Assembly (NCBI GenBank): GCA_024137785.1
Contig: JAHRHZ010000029.1
Coordinates: forward strand, 35,521,137-35,585,136
DNA from: Ginglymostoma cirratum
Taxonomy: Eukaryota
DNA: 64,000 nucleotides
Reading direction: 5' to 3'
Position numbers and translations under genes: made by a program. Shown piece by piece: positions 50,518 through 61,760 of this stretch (position 1 is its first letter; each line of letters opens with the position of its first letter). Below the pieces are notes generated by a model. It saw nothing but the letters and a program-made list of their open reading frames with translations, had not been told where the DNA came from and ran no database searches.

Positions 50518-50935
50518 TGTCATACCTGTACTTGTATGGTGTTGCCCAATGAACTAACTCCACAGAGGCCGGTATCCTGTCACCAAGTCACTCTTTATTT
50601 ACACGTGGAGAGTCCTTGACATTGATCCAGCTTCCTCAGAGCCAGCTCTCAGAGTGAACAGAACCCCTGACACTCCTATTATTATCTGTCATCCAGGGTT
50701 CCCTGTTTGGCCCAGATTAACAGCCCCAATCAGGGAACTCATATTCTATGAGGTCCACCTGACTGACGTTGTTACAATCATGGCACCATTCAGAGGGTTA
50801 CCTGGAGCGGGAGCTTGGGGACGCAGAGTGGGATCATCTGTGGAGCTGAGAGGACACAAAATAAAGTATTCTGTGTTCAAACTTACCCTCCATCTACCTC
50901 ATGTTCTATTGTTCTAGTGAACCACAATTATAACA
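50518..50935 (+). mobile_element. Outer solo LTR
   Basis: TGTCAT...ATAACA termini, AATAAA at about 50860, flanks gtaag/gtaaa. Confidence 0.7.
50550..50785 (-). mobile_element. Inner solo LTR
   Basis: TG...CA termini, minus-strand AATAAA (tttatt at about 50594), flanks ccaa/ccat; related pieces at 38281 and 63784. Confidence 0.8.
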
Positions 50936-51174
50936 GTAAAGATGGTAGATTTCCTTTTCTGAAGGACATCAGTGAACCAAATGTGTCTTTCCAAGAATCA
51001 ACCGTGGTTTTGTGGTCATCATTAATTTTTAAATTCAATAAAGAAAGATCCAGACTTAAAATTCCACTATCTACCATGATGGGATTTGAGACTGGCTTCA
51101 AGAACATTACTTGGGTCTCTGGATTACGAGTTTAGCAATAATACCACTCGGCCATGACCTCCCCAGATTGTTTC

Positions 51175-52553
51175 AGACCTTAACAAAGGCTAAGGGCTAC
51201 AAAAACCTTCCAGCAATACTACTTCCCTGGCCAAGCTGTTCCAGTACAGTCACAACACTGGCATCTAACCAACAATGTGAAAAATTGCCCAACAATGTCC
51301 TGTACACAAAAACCAGGACAAATCCAACTCAGCCAATTACTGCTCTATCAGTCTAAATTCAATCAGCAGTAAAGTGATGGAAGGTGTCAGTAACAGTGCT
51401 ATCAAGCAGCACCTGCTCAGCAATAACCCGCTCAGTGACACCCAGTTTGTGTTCTGCCAGGGCCACTCAGCTCCTGACCTCATTGGTCCAAGCATGGGTA
51501 TTCCAGAGGTGAGGTGACAGTGACCTGACACTTAGGAAGATGATTGTGGTTGTCGGAGGTCAGCCATCTCAGATCTAGGACATTTCTGCAGGAGTTCCTC
51601 AGGATAGTGTCCAAACATCTTCATCAAAGACCTTCCCTCTGTCATTAGGTCAGAAGTAGGGATGTTCACTGATGGTTACACAATATTCAATACCATTCCC
51701 AACTCCTCAAACACTAAAGCAGTTTATGTTCAAATGCAACAGGATCTGGACAATATCCAGGCTTGGGCTAAAAAGTGGCAAGTGAGATTTGCTCCACACA
51801 AATGCCAAGCAATGACCATCTCCAATAAGAGACAATCTAACCACTTCCTCTTGACAATGATGTTACCATCACTGAATCTTTTACTATCAACATGCTGGGG
51901 GCTATCATTGACCGGAAATTAAAACTGCCCTCACCACATAAACACGGTGGCTACAAGAGCAAGCCAGAGGCTCAGAATACTGTGGTCAGTAATTCACGTC
52001 CTGAATTCCCAAAGCCTGTCCACCATCTACAAGGCAAAAGTCAAGAGTATGATAGAATTGTCCCCACTTGCTTGGATGAGTGCAGCCCCAACAACACTCA
52101 AGAAGCTTGACACCACCCAGGACAAAGCAACACGTTTGATTGACACCACATGCACAAATGTCCACTCCTTCTGCCACTGACGCTCAGTAGCATCAGTGTG
52201 TACTATTTACAAGATGGGCTGCAGAAATTCACCAAAGTTTCTTTGACAGCACCTTTCAGACTCACAACTGCTTCCCTCTAGAAGGACAAGGGCAGCAGAT
52301 ACACGTGAACACCACCAATTACAAGTTCCCCTCCAAACAACTCACCATCCTGATTTTGAAATATATCGGTGCAGCTGCAGTGTCATGAGGTAAAAACCAT
52401 GGAATGCCCTCCCTAAGGGCATTGTAGGTCAACCTACAGCAGGTGGAATGCAACTGTTCAAGAAGGCAGCTCACCACCACCTTGTCAAGGGCAACTAGGG
52501 ACAGGCAATAAATGCTGGCCAAACTGTGGTGTCCATGTCCCATGGATGAATGA
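51175..52553 (+). mobile_element. CR1/L2-group LINE, RT to 3' tail, with internal deletions
   Basis: ggagttcctcaggatagtgtc (GVPQDSV); MFTDG..MQQDLDNIQAWAKKWQVRFAPHKCQAM; STIYKAKVKSMIE; tail atgaatgaa. Confidence 0.9.
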
Positions 52554-52952
52554 AAAAGACACCATGATGCTTCGGGGCTTCTATTATTCGTTGTGCATGA
52601 AAAGAGATTGAAATTTGGATGAAGATACTAATTGAATGAGATGATCAACTTTTCTCTATGCTTTAGAGTTTGGCTTCAGTTTGATTGCTTGCATCACTCG
52701 GATAACCCAACCATGGGCTCGAGCAGTTAATTATTTTAGAATAGAAACAACAATAAACACAAAATTATAAATTTATTATAAAGCAAAACCCATTTATTGA
52801 GATATGGAATTCGTTAACACACAAAATTCATTTTATGAAAATATAAATATGTACAATGCTAAACAGAACAAAAACACACACGGCTCAGGTAAAGGGAATA
52901 AAAAAGTTTTCTCTTGGCAGAATTTCACTTCAAAAAGAAACAAAAACTCTTA

Positions 52953-53049
52953 ACTATGGACGTCTAGTCCCTATAAACACCTCATTTTTACTATGGACGT
53001 CCAGTCCCTATAAACACCTCATTTTTACTATGGACGTCCAGTCCCTATA
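52953..53049 (+). repeat. 37-bp tandem repeat (about 2.6 copies) at the PLE 5' junction
   Basis: actatggacgtc(c/t)agtccctataaacacctcattttt starting at 52953, 52990 and 53027. Confidence 0.95.
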
Positions 53050-54439
53050 CACCTGTATTCCCCATGCTGATGGCCTAAAGGCCCTCCGCTTCTTCCTGTC
53101 CAGCAGAACTGACCAATCCCCCTCCACCGACACCCTCATCCACTTAGCCGAACTCGTCCTCACCCTCAACAACTTTTCTTTCAATTCCTCCCACTTCCTA
53201 CAGACAAAGGGGGTGGCCATGGGTACCCACATGGGTCCAAGCTATGCCTGCCTCTTTGTAGGTTACGTGGAACAATCCCTCTTCCGTACCTACACTAGCC
53301 CTAAACCCCACCTCTTCCTCTGTTACATTGATGACTGTATTGGCGCCGCCTCGTGCTCCCACGAGGAGCTCGAACAGTTCATCCACTTCACCAACACCTT
53401 CCACCCCAACCTTAAGTTCACCTGGACCATCTCTGATATCTCTCTCTCCTTCCTGGACCTCTCTGTCTCCATTTCTGGCAACCACCTAGAAACCGATATC
53501 TATTTCAAGCCCACCAACTCCCACAGCTACCTAGAATACACCTCCTCCCACCCACCTTCCTGAAAAAAGGCCATCCCCTGTTCCCAATTCCTTCGCCTCC
53601 GCAGCATCTGCTCCCGAGATGAGGCATTCTACTCCCGGACATCCCAGATGTCCTCATTTTTCAAGGACTGCAACTTCCCCTCCATAGTGGTCGAAAATGC
53701 CCTCGACCGTGTCTCCCGCATTTCCCGCAAATCATGCCTCACACCCCCTACCCGCAGTAACAACCAAAACTGAATCCCCCTCATCCTCATGTACCACCCC
53801 ACCAACCTCCAAATCCAATGCATCATCCTCCGACACTTCCGCCATCTGCAACCTGACCCCACTACCAAAGACATTTTTCGCTCCCCACCCTTATCTGGTT
53901 TCCGGAGGGACCACTCTCTCTGTGACTCCCTTGTCCGCTCCACAATCCCCTCCAGCCCCACCTCACCCGGCACTTTACCCTGCAACTGCAGGAAGTGCTA
54001 CACTTGCCCCTACACCTCCCCCCTCACCCCCATCCCAGGCCCTCAGAAGACCTTTCACATCAAACAGATGTTCACCTGCACATCTACTCATGTGGTATAC
54101 TGCATCCGCTGTACCCGTTGTGGCCTCCTCTACATCAGGGAAACCAAGCGGAGGCTTGGGGACCGCTTTGCGGAACACCTATGCTCGGTTCGCAACAAAC
54201 AACTACACCTCCCAGTCACGAACCATTTCAACAACCCCTCCCACTCCTTAGACGACATGTCCATCCTGGGCCTCCTGCAATGCCACAATGATGCCACCCG
54301 ACAGCTGCAGGAACAGCATCTCATATTTTGCTTGGGAACCCTGCAGCCCAAGGGTATCAATGTGGACTTCACCAGCTTCAAAATCTCCCCTCCTCCGAAC
54401 GCATCCCAAAACCAGCCCAGCTCGTCCCCGCCTCCCTAA
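53012..54439 (+). pseudogene. PLE RT/GIY-YIG ORF, one frame with two premature TGA stops
   Basis: Track ORFs 52856-53563 and 53789-54439 share a frame; in-frame TGA at 53561-53563 and 53771-53773. Confidence 0.9.
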
Positions 54440-54684
54440 CCATTCCTCCCACCTCAAGCCCCACCCCCATCTCCTACCCACTAATCTCATCCTGACTCCT
54501 TGACCCGTCCATCCTTCTTGGACCGACCTATCCCCTCCCTACCTCCCCACCTACATTCATCTTTACTGGCTCCAACCCCGCCTCTTTGACCTGTCTGTCT
54601 CCTCTCCACCTATCTTCTCCTTTATCCATCTCCTATCCACCTCCCCCTCTCTCCCTATTTATTTCAGAATCCCCTTACCCTCCT

Positions 54685-54721
54685 CCATTTCTGAAGAAGG
54701 GTCTTGACCCAAAACATCAGC
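54685..54721 (+). ncRNA. Inr-like motif plus decayed hammerhead in the pLTR
   Basis: CCATTT-CTGAAGA-AGGG-tcttga-CCC-AAAAC-ATC; GAAAC and GTC each have a G>A change at a CpG. Confidence 0.6.
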
Positions 54722-57299
54722 TTTCCTGCTCCTCTGATGCTGTTTGGCCTGCTGTGTTCATCCAGCTCGACACCTTGTTATCTCAAAAACTCTTTCTGGC
54801 TATTTTGTTTATTGTTGAGGCAAAAGAATAAAATATAAAATGTTCCGATGAGCTGCTTTTTTTGCACCAGTGGCCAATTACATCTACGGCCTTGACAGAC
54901 ACAGCTTGCTCAGGAAGTACAATATTGAGAAGTTCAGTCACTCTTCCAGACAAACAATCAGGTTTCACACTAAATGTACCACAAAATGCTTCAGAAGGAG
55001 GAGACATGAACTGGGTAACCTTTCCCAAGCAGATTTTATCTAAGTGATTCCAAACAGAAACAATTTTCTGAGCCACACTCTGTTCAAACAAGATAGGCAT
55101 AAAGCTCAGGCAGGTAAGATCTGAAAAGTGACTCTATGTAATTATCTGAGGACATATTATTTCCAAGAACCTTGAACATCATTTAAAAAATGCTTAAACG
55201 TTCAAGATTCTTCTAGTGACCTTTCTTTAAACTAATTCAAATACCCAAGTAGAATCTGAAAGGTTTATATTTGCGCAATTCTTTAAAACTCAAGTCCTCA
55301 AAGAAATATCAAAGTGAAGTGGTTTATTAACAATGGAAATAATTAATTTCACTTTACAATCTTCACTGCTGATTTTGGTGCCTCTTAATGTTGTCAACAT
55401 CATTACCAATAAATGCCGGCCTGGAGATGGGGTGACTGTCACTAGGAAATATCTTTAATTAATCAACTCTACCTTTAAAAAAAGGATACTCATCAAACAC
55501 TGAGTATAATTCATTTCTATCAGGGCAACAGAATTCACTGATTTCATCAACACATTTGAGCTATGCATCTGGTAACCAAAATTTCACAAGAGACTATCAA
55601 GCTTCCTCCACTCCTGTCAGAATTCTGATCGGTTGATTTGATGGAGATGCAGTTGTAGATAGAATTGGGAAACCTACCAAAACCTGACTGTGATTATGAA
55701 ATACAAGATCGTCAATAATTATTAATTTGTCCGTACATACTAGTAACAGACTGGTACAAGTCAGTAACAATGAATTGTTGCAAACCTTGATTGCTTTTTT
55801 AGGAAGTGCCTCTTTCAAAATCTGAATTTTGGTTCATTGTCCACAAAAATATCCTCTCATATTGAAAATCACAAAGAAACTGACTGGCTGTGAACTGAAG
55901 AGTTAGGTTGAACGAAGTTGTATCCAGCCCAGTGAAGACAAGTTTCCATTTAAGATCTTTAGGACATATTACAGGAATTACTAAAAATATTATTGTTTTA
56001 TTTATTCTGTACAAGGCAATACTAAGGGAATCTGTCTCTTTAATAAATGATCCCTATTAGTGCTTTTACGATCACTTTATCAAATGACATATTTTATTAT
56101 TGCATGATGACTCATTAAAATAACAGTTCCAGATGTTAGTATTTTAGAAATTTTACAATCCTTTTGGTCGTGTGCAAACAGCAGACCCATTCTGGGCATG
56201 GTACTGTGTGTCATTTTAGAATATCTTTAAGAATGATTTGAGTAGCTTTTCTTCAGACTGTGAAAAGTGTCTGTGTATTCACTATGTGTCAGCAAGATGA
56301 GAAGGAACCTTCTTAAAAAACCTCAAGGATTCGATGAGCAAAAATGTCAGAAATTTAAATCTGGCCTTTTACCGTTTTTTCTATTTCCCTTGCTCAGTGT
56401 AAATATTCTGTGACTGTCTGGGAATAATATTCCTTTAAAACTTTCCCATCTGAAGTTTTGTTATAAACCTGACTGTAAGTCCAATTTTTACTGAGTTGGA
56501 TTGACTGGTGAGCCTGAGAGATAGGCTGGATGAGGAGTGTGGGAATGGCGTGGATTGGGGGAGTGGGCATTTTTTTTTTAAAACACCTACCCCTGGGGTG
56601 GGCCTTTTAACCAATCTGCCGTGGCAAACAGTCGTCCACATGGCTCTTCTGAACTTTGTCCAGGGTCATCTGATCAAAATTCTGCCAGCACTTGAGAATG
56701 AAAATGCTGCCTCAGGAACCACTCTTCCCACCGCCCACCTCCAGAATTCAAACCAGGCTATCCATTGCATTGCTAGTTAATGTACTGGAGACATGTGCTG
56801 CAGAAATTGCTGTGCCCCCAGTTAAGTTATTCCAGTCCAGCGACAACCCTTGACCTCTTCCCAATTATGTGGGCAATTATCCAGATTTGTCCTGTCCACA
56901 AAAAGTAGGACAAATCCAACTTGGACTGTTGCGTCTTTGGTCTCTTCGCAATCATTAACGAAGTGACGGAAGGCACCGTCAACACATTAATGTCTTTGAT
57001 TTTCAATTTCAGTTCTGCCAGGGCCATTCAGCTCCAAGCCTCTCTATAATTTCAGTCCAAATTTGGACAAAAGAGCTGAATGCAAGATGTGAGATGAAAG
57101 TAGCTGCCCTTCATATTACGGTAGTGTTTCAGGAGCCCTTGCAAAAGGAGTGAAAAAGAATCAGGGTCAGGGGGGGAGAGCTCTCCAGTGGTTGGATTCA
57201 CTTTCAGAAGAAAGGAAGGGTATTACAATTGTTGAAGATCAAAAACTTCACTGCAAAACATTGCTGCATTTGCATAAGGGTCACTGCGAACAGAATACA

Positions 57300-58175
57300 T
57301 TGAGAATGCTGTAAAGGAAAGATTATGACATTCTCAGCTTTGTGCCTAGAGTCATTAACTACAATGACAGACTCTTGCTATCACTTTACAATAAGTCAGT
57401 GAGGCCTCAGCTAAAATACTGTGCAAGGTTAAAGGTGGGGGTAAGGGGAATGGGGAGTTTTATTGGTGTTATGCCAAAATATGACAGAATTTGATTCAGC
57501 AGTTAGGAAAAAGATATCTTCTCGTATGGCTGTATAATTAGTAAAAGTTACTAAGAGGGTAGTTAGAATTTCCCTAGACTTGAGGGTGGTGCCAGAAGCC
57601 TGGAAAATTACAAATATTGCAAAAAGCCCAGGATTTACAGACGAGTCAATTTCACTTCAGTGGTGGGAAGCTTTTGGAACCAATTATTTGGGATAGAATT
57701 AGTAATTACATAGAAAAAAGTAGGTTGATTCAGAAGAGACAGCTGGATTTCTGAAGGGGAAATCCTGTTTAACTGACTTGAGGGAGTTTTTTTGAAGAGG
57801 TAACAGAAAGGCTTGATGAAGGTAATGTTGTTGAGATGGTACACATCAGCTTTCAGAAAGCATTTAATACAGTGTCACACAACAGACTTATGTGGAAAGC
57901 TATAAGTCATGGTATAAAAAATTCAGAAGTAAGAGTATAGTAAGCAAAAGCTTTTTCGCACAGGAAGCTGTTAGAATAAAGAGTGCAGCCTGGAAATGTG
58001 GTGGAGACAGGTTCATTAAGACATTCAAGAGGGGCATTGGATGATTATTTGGATGAAAATAAAGTGTAAGATTATTGGGAGGAAGCAGGAAATTGGCATT
58101 AGGAAACACTTGCTTAATGATCTGGTAAATGCATGATGGGTAAAATAACCTCCTTCTGTTCCATAACAATCCTTT
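57300..58175 (+). mobile_element. CR1 fragments (RT and 3' end)
   Basis: aaggggaaatcctgtttaactgacttg (GKSCLT), tttcagaaagcatttaata (FQKAF), and a 3' tail. Confidence 0.75.
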
Positions 58176-58309
58176 GATTCTGACAAGTGGGTCAGAAGAC
58201 TAGAGGGAGATGGAAGAGAAGTTTGATCACACAAAATGTTGCTGTAATCTGGAAGGACAGGGCAGGCTGGTACTCTTGGAGCTTTGAAACACAATGCTTA
58301 TGTATTTGA

Positions 58310-58441
58310 GAGATAGCAGGAACTGCAGATGCTGGAGAATCTGAGATAACAAGGTGTAGAGCTGGATGAACACAGTAGGCCAAGCAGCATCAGAGGAGCA
58401 GGAAGGCTGATGTTTCGGGCCTAGACCCTTCTTCAGAAAAT
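58310..58441 (-). mobile_element. Short PLE pLTR unit with tail and hammerhead core
   Basis: Reverse complement ATTTT-CTGAAGA-AGGG-tctagg-CCC-GAAAC-ATC..., running through gttatctc and the tail. Confidence 0.9.
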
Positions 58442-58940
58442 TGATGTAGGGCTGCAGGAGAATTGTTGCCTGTTACAATTAAATTGGACATTGTTTCAAG
58501 GCACCAGCTCAGTTACAAATTGAGGGGGTCTTTCTGTGATTCTAAAATTATAATCATTCATTGGTGGGGGTGTTGGAGTGGGTGTGGGAAGGGGTTTATT
58601 CAATTGCATTAGAGCTACAAATATGTTCAACAGCAGTGTAACCAATTTGATTGGTGTTGGGGGTTCAGGGGCGAAAGGAAGTCTCTAATCAGAGAAGGGA
58701 CAGAACTGAAGCAGGAATATTCATTCACAGTCTTCTATAGCTGTGATTCTGCTCCCCAGCTCTTACTGGAGAACCTGCAACTGTGTAACTCATAGTCACT
58801 GATTAGTGCAGTCAGTGTTTCTGTTTCCAATTGCCCCCTAATTTCCTGTGTGACATAATCATTTAGTTCAGATGAGGATTAAACAGGGGTGTGGGGACCA
58901 CTGTGGACAGGATCTTGTGGAAGCTCTGGTTGGAGAGATA

Positions 58941-59889
58941 TTGAAAGACCAAGGGACTTCCTCTTGGGAATGGCAGTCATGTGCTTTGTCAGTCAGGCAA
59001 GTCAGCAGTGTCTGGTCTTCCGCACAGTATCCTGGACCCCCACACCCACCCCAATCGCTTCCCCTCACTGCCACCACATCCTGGGGCAGGAATCCCACCT
59101 GTTGAGATCCAGTGGCAAATAAAAGGTTAGGAGCTCTTCGGTGCTCAACAGCAACACTGGGAGACAGTGGCAGCTGCTGGAACTGCACTCTGTACAGCCT
59201 CAGACTGAGGCGTGACTGAAACGAAAGGTTGGGGGATGGCAGGAAGGAGGTCAGGGGCAGTAAGTCGAGGGCTAAAGGGAGCTCACAGTAAAGGCAGGGG
59301 GATTTCCATCAGTGAGCTTCACCCAGCCTAATACCCGGTTTGGTGATGAAGTGTGTTTGAATGAGGAATGCCCCACTCCAGGTGCCCAGAAGCTGACATG
59401 TCAGGGCCTGGATGGCATGCTCCCAGCTGGTGAAGCCCCTCCCAGCCCCACAGCTGCATTGATACCAGTGGAGACAGATGGGCTCCTTCACTGGGCATTA
59501 AGTCCCAATTCACAGCCTGAAATGGCAGTGGAGAGTGAAGGCTGTGGAGTAGACAGGTGAAGGCAGCCATTCATTAAACTTCCTGATGAAATTCCCCATT
59601 GCCCACAAATCTATCATGAATAATGCACAAGATTCTCTTTAATTTGACCTTAATGTCACTCATTGCACAGTAAACATGAACCGTGCATTGTTAATCCTGA
59701 CAACACTGTTAGCAGTAATTGCATTGTAAACCCCTCACTGCACCGTTAATCCTCACTATACTGGTAACTCCCGACTGTCCTGCTAACTTTCAGCACACGC
59801 GTAATCATTTGAAAGGCCAAGGGACTTCCTCTTGGAAATAACAATCATGTGCTTTGTCACTCAGGCAAGTCAGCAGCGTCTGGTCTTCC
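58941..59889 (+). repeat. Dispersed 81-bp direct repeat (58941-59021 and 59809-59889)
   Basis: 74/81 identity by manual alignment. Confidence 0.9.
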
Positions 59890-59893
59890 TGCT

Positions 59894-60093
59894 GTTAAAA
59901 CACAGAGCTGGAGGAGCACAGCAGGTCAGACAGCATCAGAGGAGCATGAAAGTCATCGTTTTGGGTCTGGACCCTTCGCCAGGATCTGAAACATCGACTT
60001 TCCTGCTCCTGTGGTGCTGTCTGACCTGCTGTGCTCCTCCAGCTCCACGTTTTATTGACTCTGACTTTCAGCATCTGCAGTCCTTGCTATCCC
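59894..60093. mobile_element. Short PLE fold-back
   Basis: Arms gagctggaggagcacagcaggtcagacagca / tgctgtctgacctgctgtgctcctccagctc; tail on the right arm only. Confidence 0.88.
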
Positions 60094-61599
60094 CCTAACT
60101 GTGCTGTAAACTCTCACTACACTGTTAACCTGAACTACCATGTTAATCCTGATTGCCCTCTTCCTGCCAGGTCCTCTGTTGGGGTGGCTACAGAAAGGCA
60201 CTGATTGAAACTAGCCAAACGTCTGTGGGCCTGTCGTCATTTTCAGTGAAAATTATTTCATTGATTCCAACAGTTTCACAGTGTGTGAATCCGGTCTGTT
60301 TTGAATCCAGTAGAGGAGTAAGTTGACAAATTATATTTGTATAATTACTCCCTGATATTCCTTGCAGTGTACAGAACTAGTTTTATAACTTTATATAAAA
60401 CAGTCCAAGGAACTCCTGACAATGTGTCCAATGTGAAGTGGCAATCTAGCAGCTCCATCTGTTTACATGGAGACCACTGAGAATTTCAAAGTGCCAGATG
60501 ACTGCTTTATTGATGCTAACTTATCTTTGGCTGCTACTGTGACTCAAGTGATTAAACTCAATCTGAAGGGAATCCAAAACAGCGGAAATTAAGGTTTATT
60601 CTATGAGTCGGGAATCTTGTCACTTCATTACTTTTCACACAGTTGATTTTCTGATATGTAACTGATCAGTTCTTACATTGTCAGTACAACTGAGTACTGT
60701 TGTAAAACTGTGTGTGTCTGATCAGCATTGTCAGGGAAGATTTATAGCCACAGTCCCCACAGGAATGTGAGTTTACAGTCTCAGGCCAACGTTATGACGC
60801 GGTTGTACCTAATTCCTCTCCTCCAGAGAAATCCGTAAAATCTCCCACTTTGAGCATATTGTTTAATATATCCTTCTGTGACTCATTGTCAGATTTTGGC
60901 TGATAATGCTCCTGTGCAGGGCCTTAGATCATAAAAGATATTATAGAAGTAATATTATTGTTGGTACGTCTGGCTATAGGCTGGCTGCAATGATGCACTA
61001 AGACATTTAATGGGATTATGGTTGCTTTGTGAACAATGGGGTGCAGCAGTTTGCAATGGAGAGCACAAGCTCCTTCCTATAAATGAACCTGAGAGTTCAG
61101 TGGCAATATCCCTACCTCTAAGCTGGAAGACCCATGTTCAAATCTCACCTGCTCCAGAGGTGTGTTGTAAATTCCTGAACAAGTTGTTTGCCAAATATCT
61201 ACAAATGAACATACACCCAACTGTGCACTTGCAAATTAATGTGTGATCACAAGGACTGAAACGAATATTAGAGGCTCAAAAGATCCTACTCAAATTGTGA
61301 CTTTCGTCCTGTCCCTTTCTAGTTGCAAAATGTTGAGCTAGATTCCCTGGAGTTTAGAAGGTTGAGGGGTGATGTAATTAAGGTGATTCAGAAAGGATTG
61401 ACTGCAGGGAAGTGATTTAAATTGGATAAAATTCTGCATAAGCAGGCACGATCTGAATATTAGCGTTAAACTATTTTAGTTAAACTATAAACTACAAAGG
61501 CTGTGAATGTCAGGGAGAAATTTAAATTTTCAAAATTGTGATTAGTATTCAATTCTATGAATAAAGATCATCAAACATGGGTAAATTGAGCTTTAATTT

Positions 61600-61760
61600 G
61601 ATTCTTTCATAGGATGTGAGCATTTCTGGCAAGGCCAGCACTTACTGTCTATCCTTAATTGTTCTGGAACTCAGTGACTTGTTTGGCCTTTGCAGAGGGC
61701 TGTTAGGGGTCAACCACAGTGCTGTGGGTCTGGAGTCACATGTACACCAGAACAGGTGAG
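61600..61760 (-). mobile_element. tRNA-SINE 3' half
   Basis: gtcaaccacagtgctgtgggtctggagtcacatgt. Confidence 0.75.

Larger units (their letters stand above)
50385..51163 (-). mobile_element. tRNA-SINE split by nested LTRs
   Basis: ggccagaccaagtaag (about 50517) resumes gtaaagatggtagatttcc (50936). Confidence 0.8.
52952..54784 (+). mobile_element. 5'-truncated Penelope-like retroelement (RT + GIY-YIG) with 3' pLTR, 11-bp TSD
   Basis: RT motifs FTMDVQSLY, GVAMGTHMGPSYACLF, YIDD, FLDL; GIY-YIG VVYCIRCTRCGLLYIRETKRRLGDRFAEH. TSD caaaaactctt at 52941-52951 and 54784-54794. Confidence 0.96.

Noticed and set aside
52856-53011. N-terminus of the 235-aa ORF as a real start of the PLE protein
   Set aside because: It lies in flanking DNA upstream of the TSD and in the out-of-register 37-bp repeats. 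RT homology begins at about 53012.
52953-53049. 37-bp repeats as a CRISPR array
   Set aside because: The units are contiguous with no unique spacers, derive from RT coding sequence, and sit in a eukaryotic context with no cas genes.
58868-59570. Cluster of overlapping short ORFs in a GC-richer stretch
   Set aside because: No recognisable domain or splice structure; higher GC content explains the ORF density.
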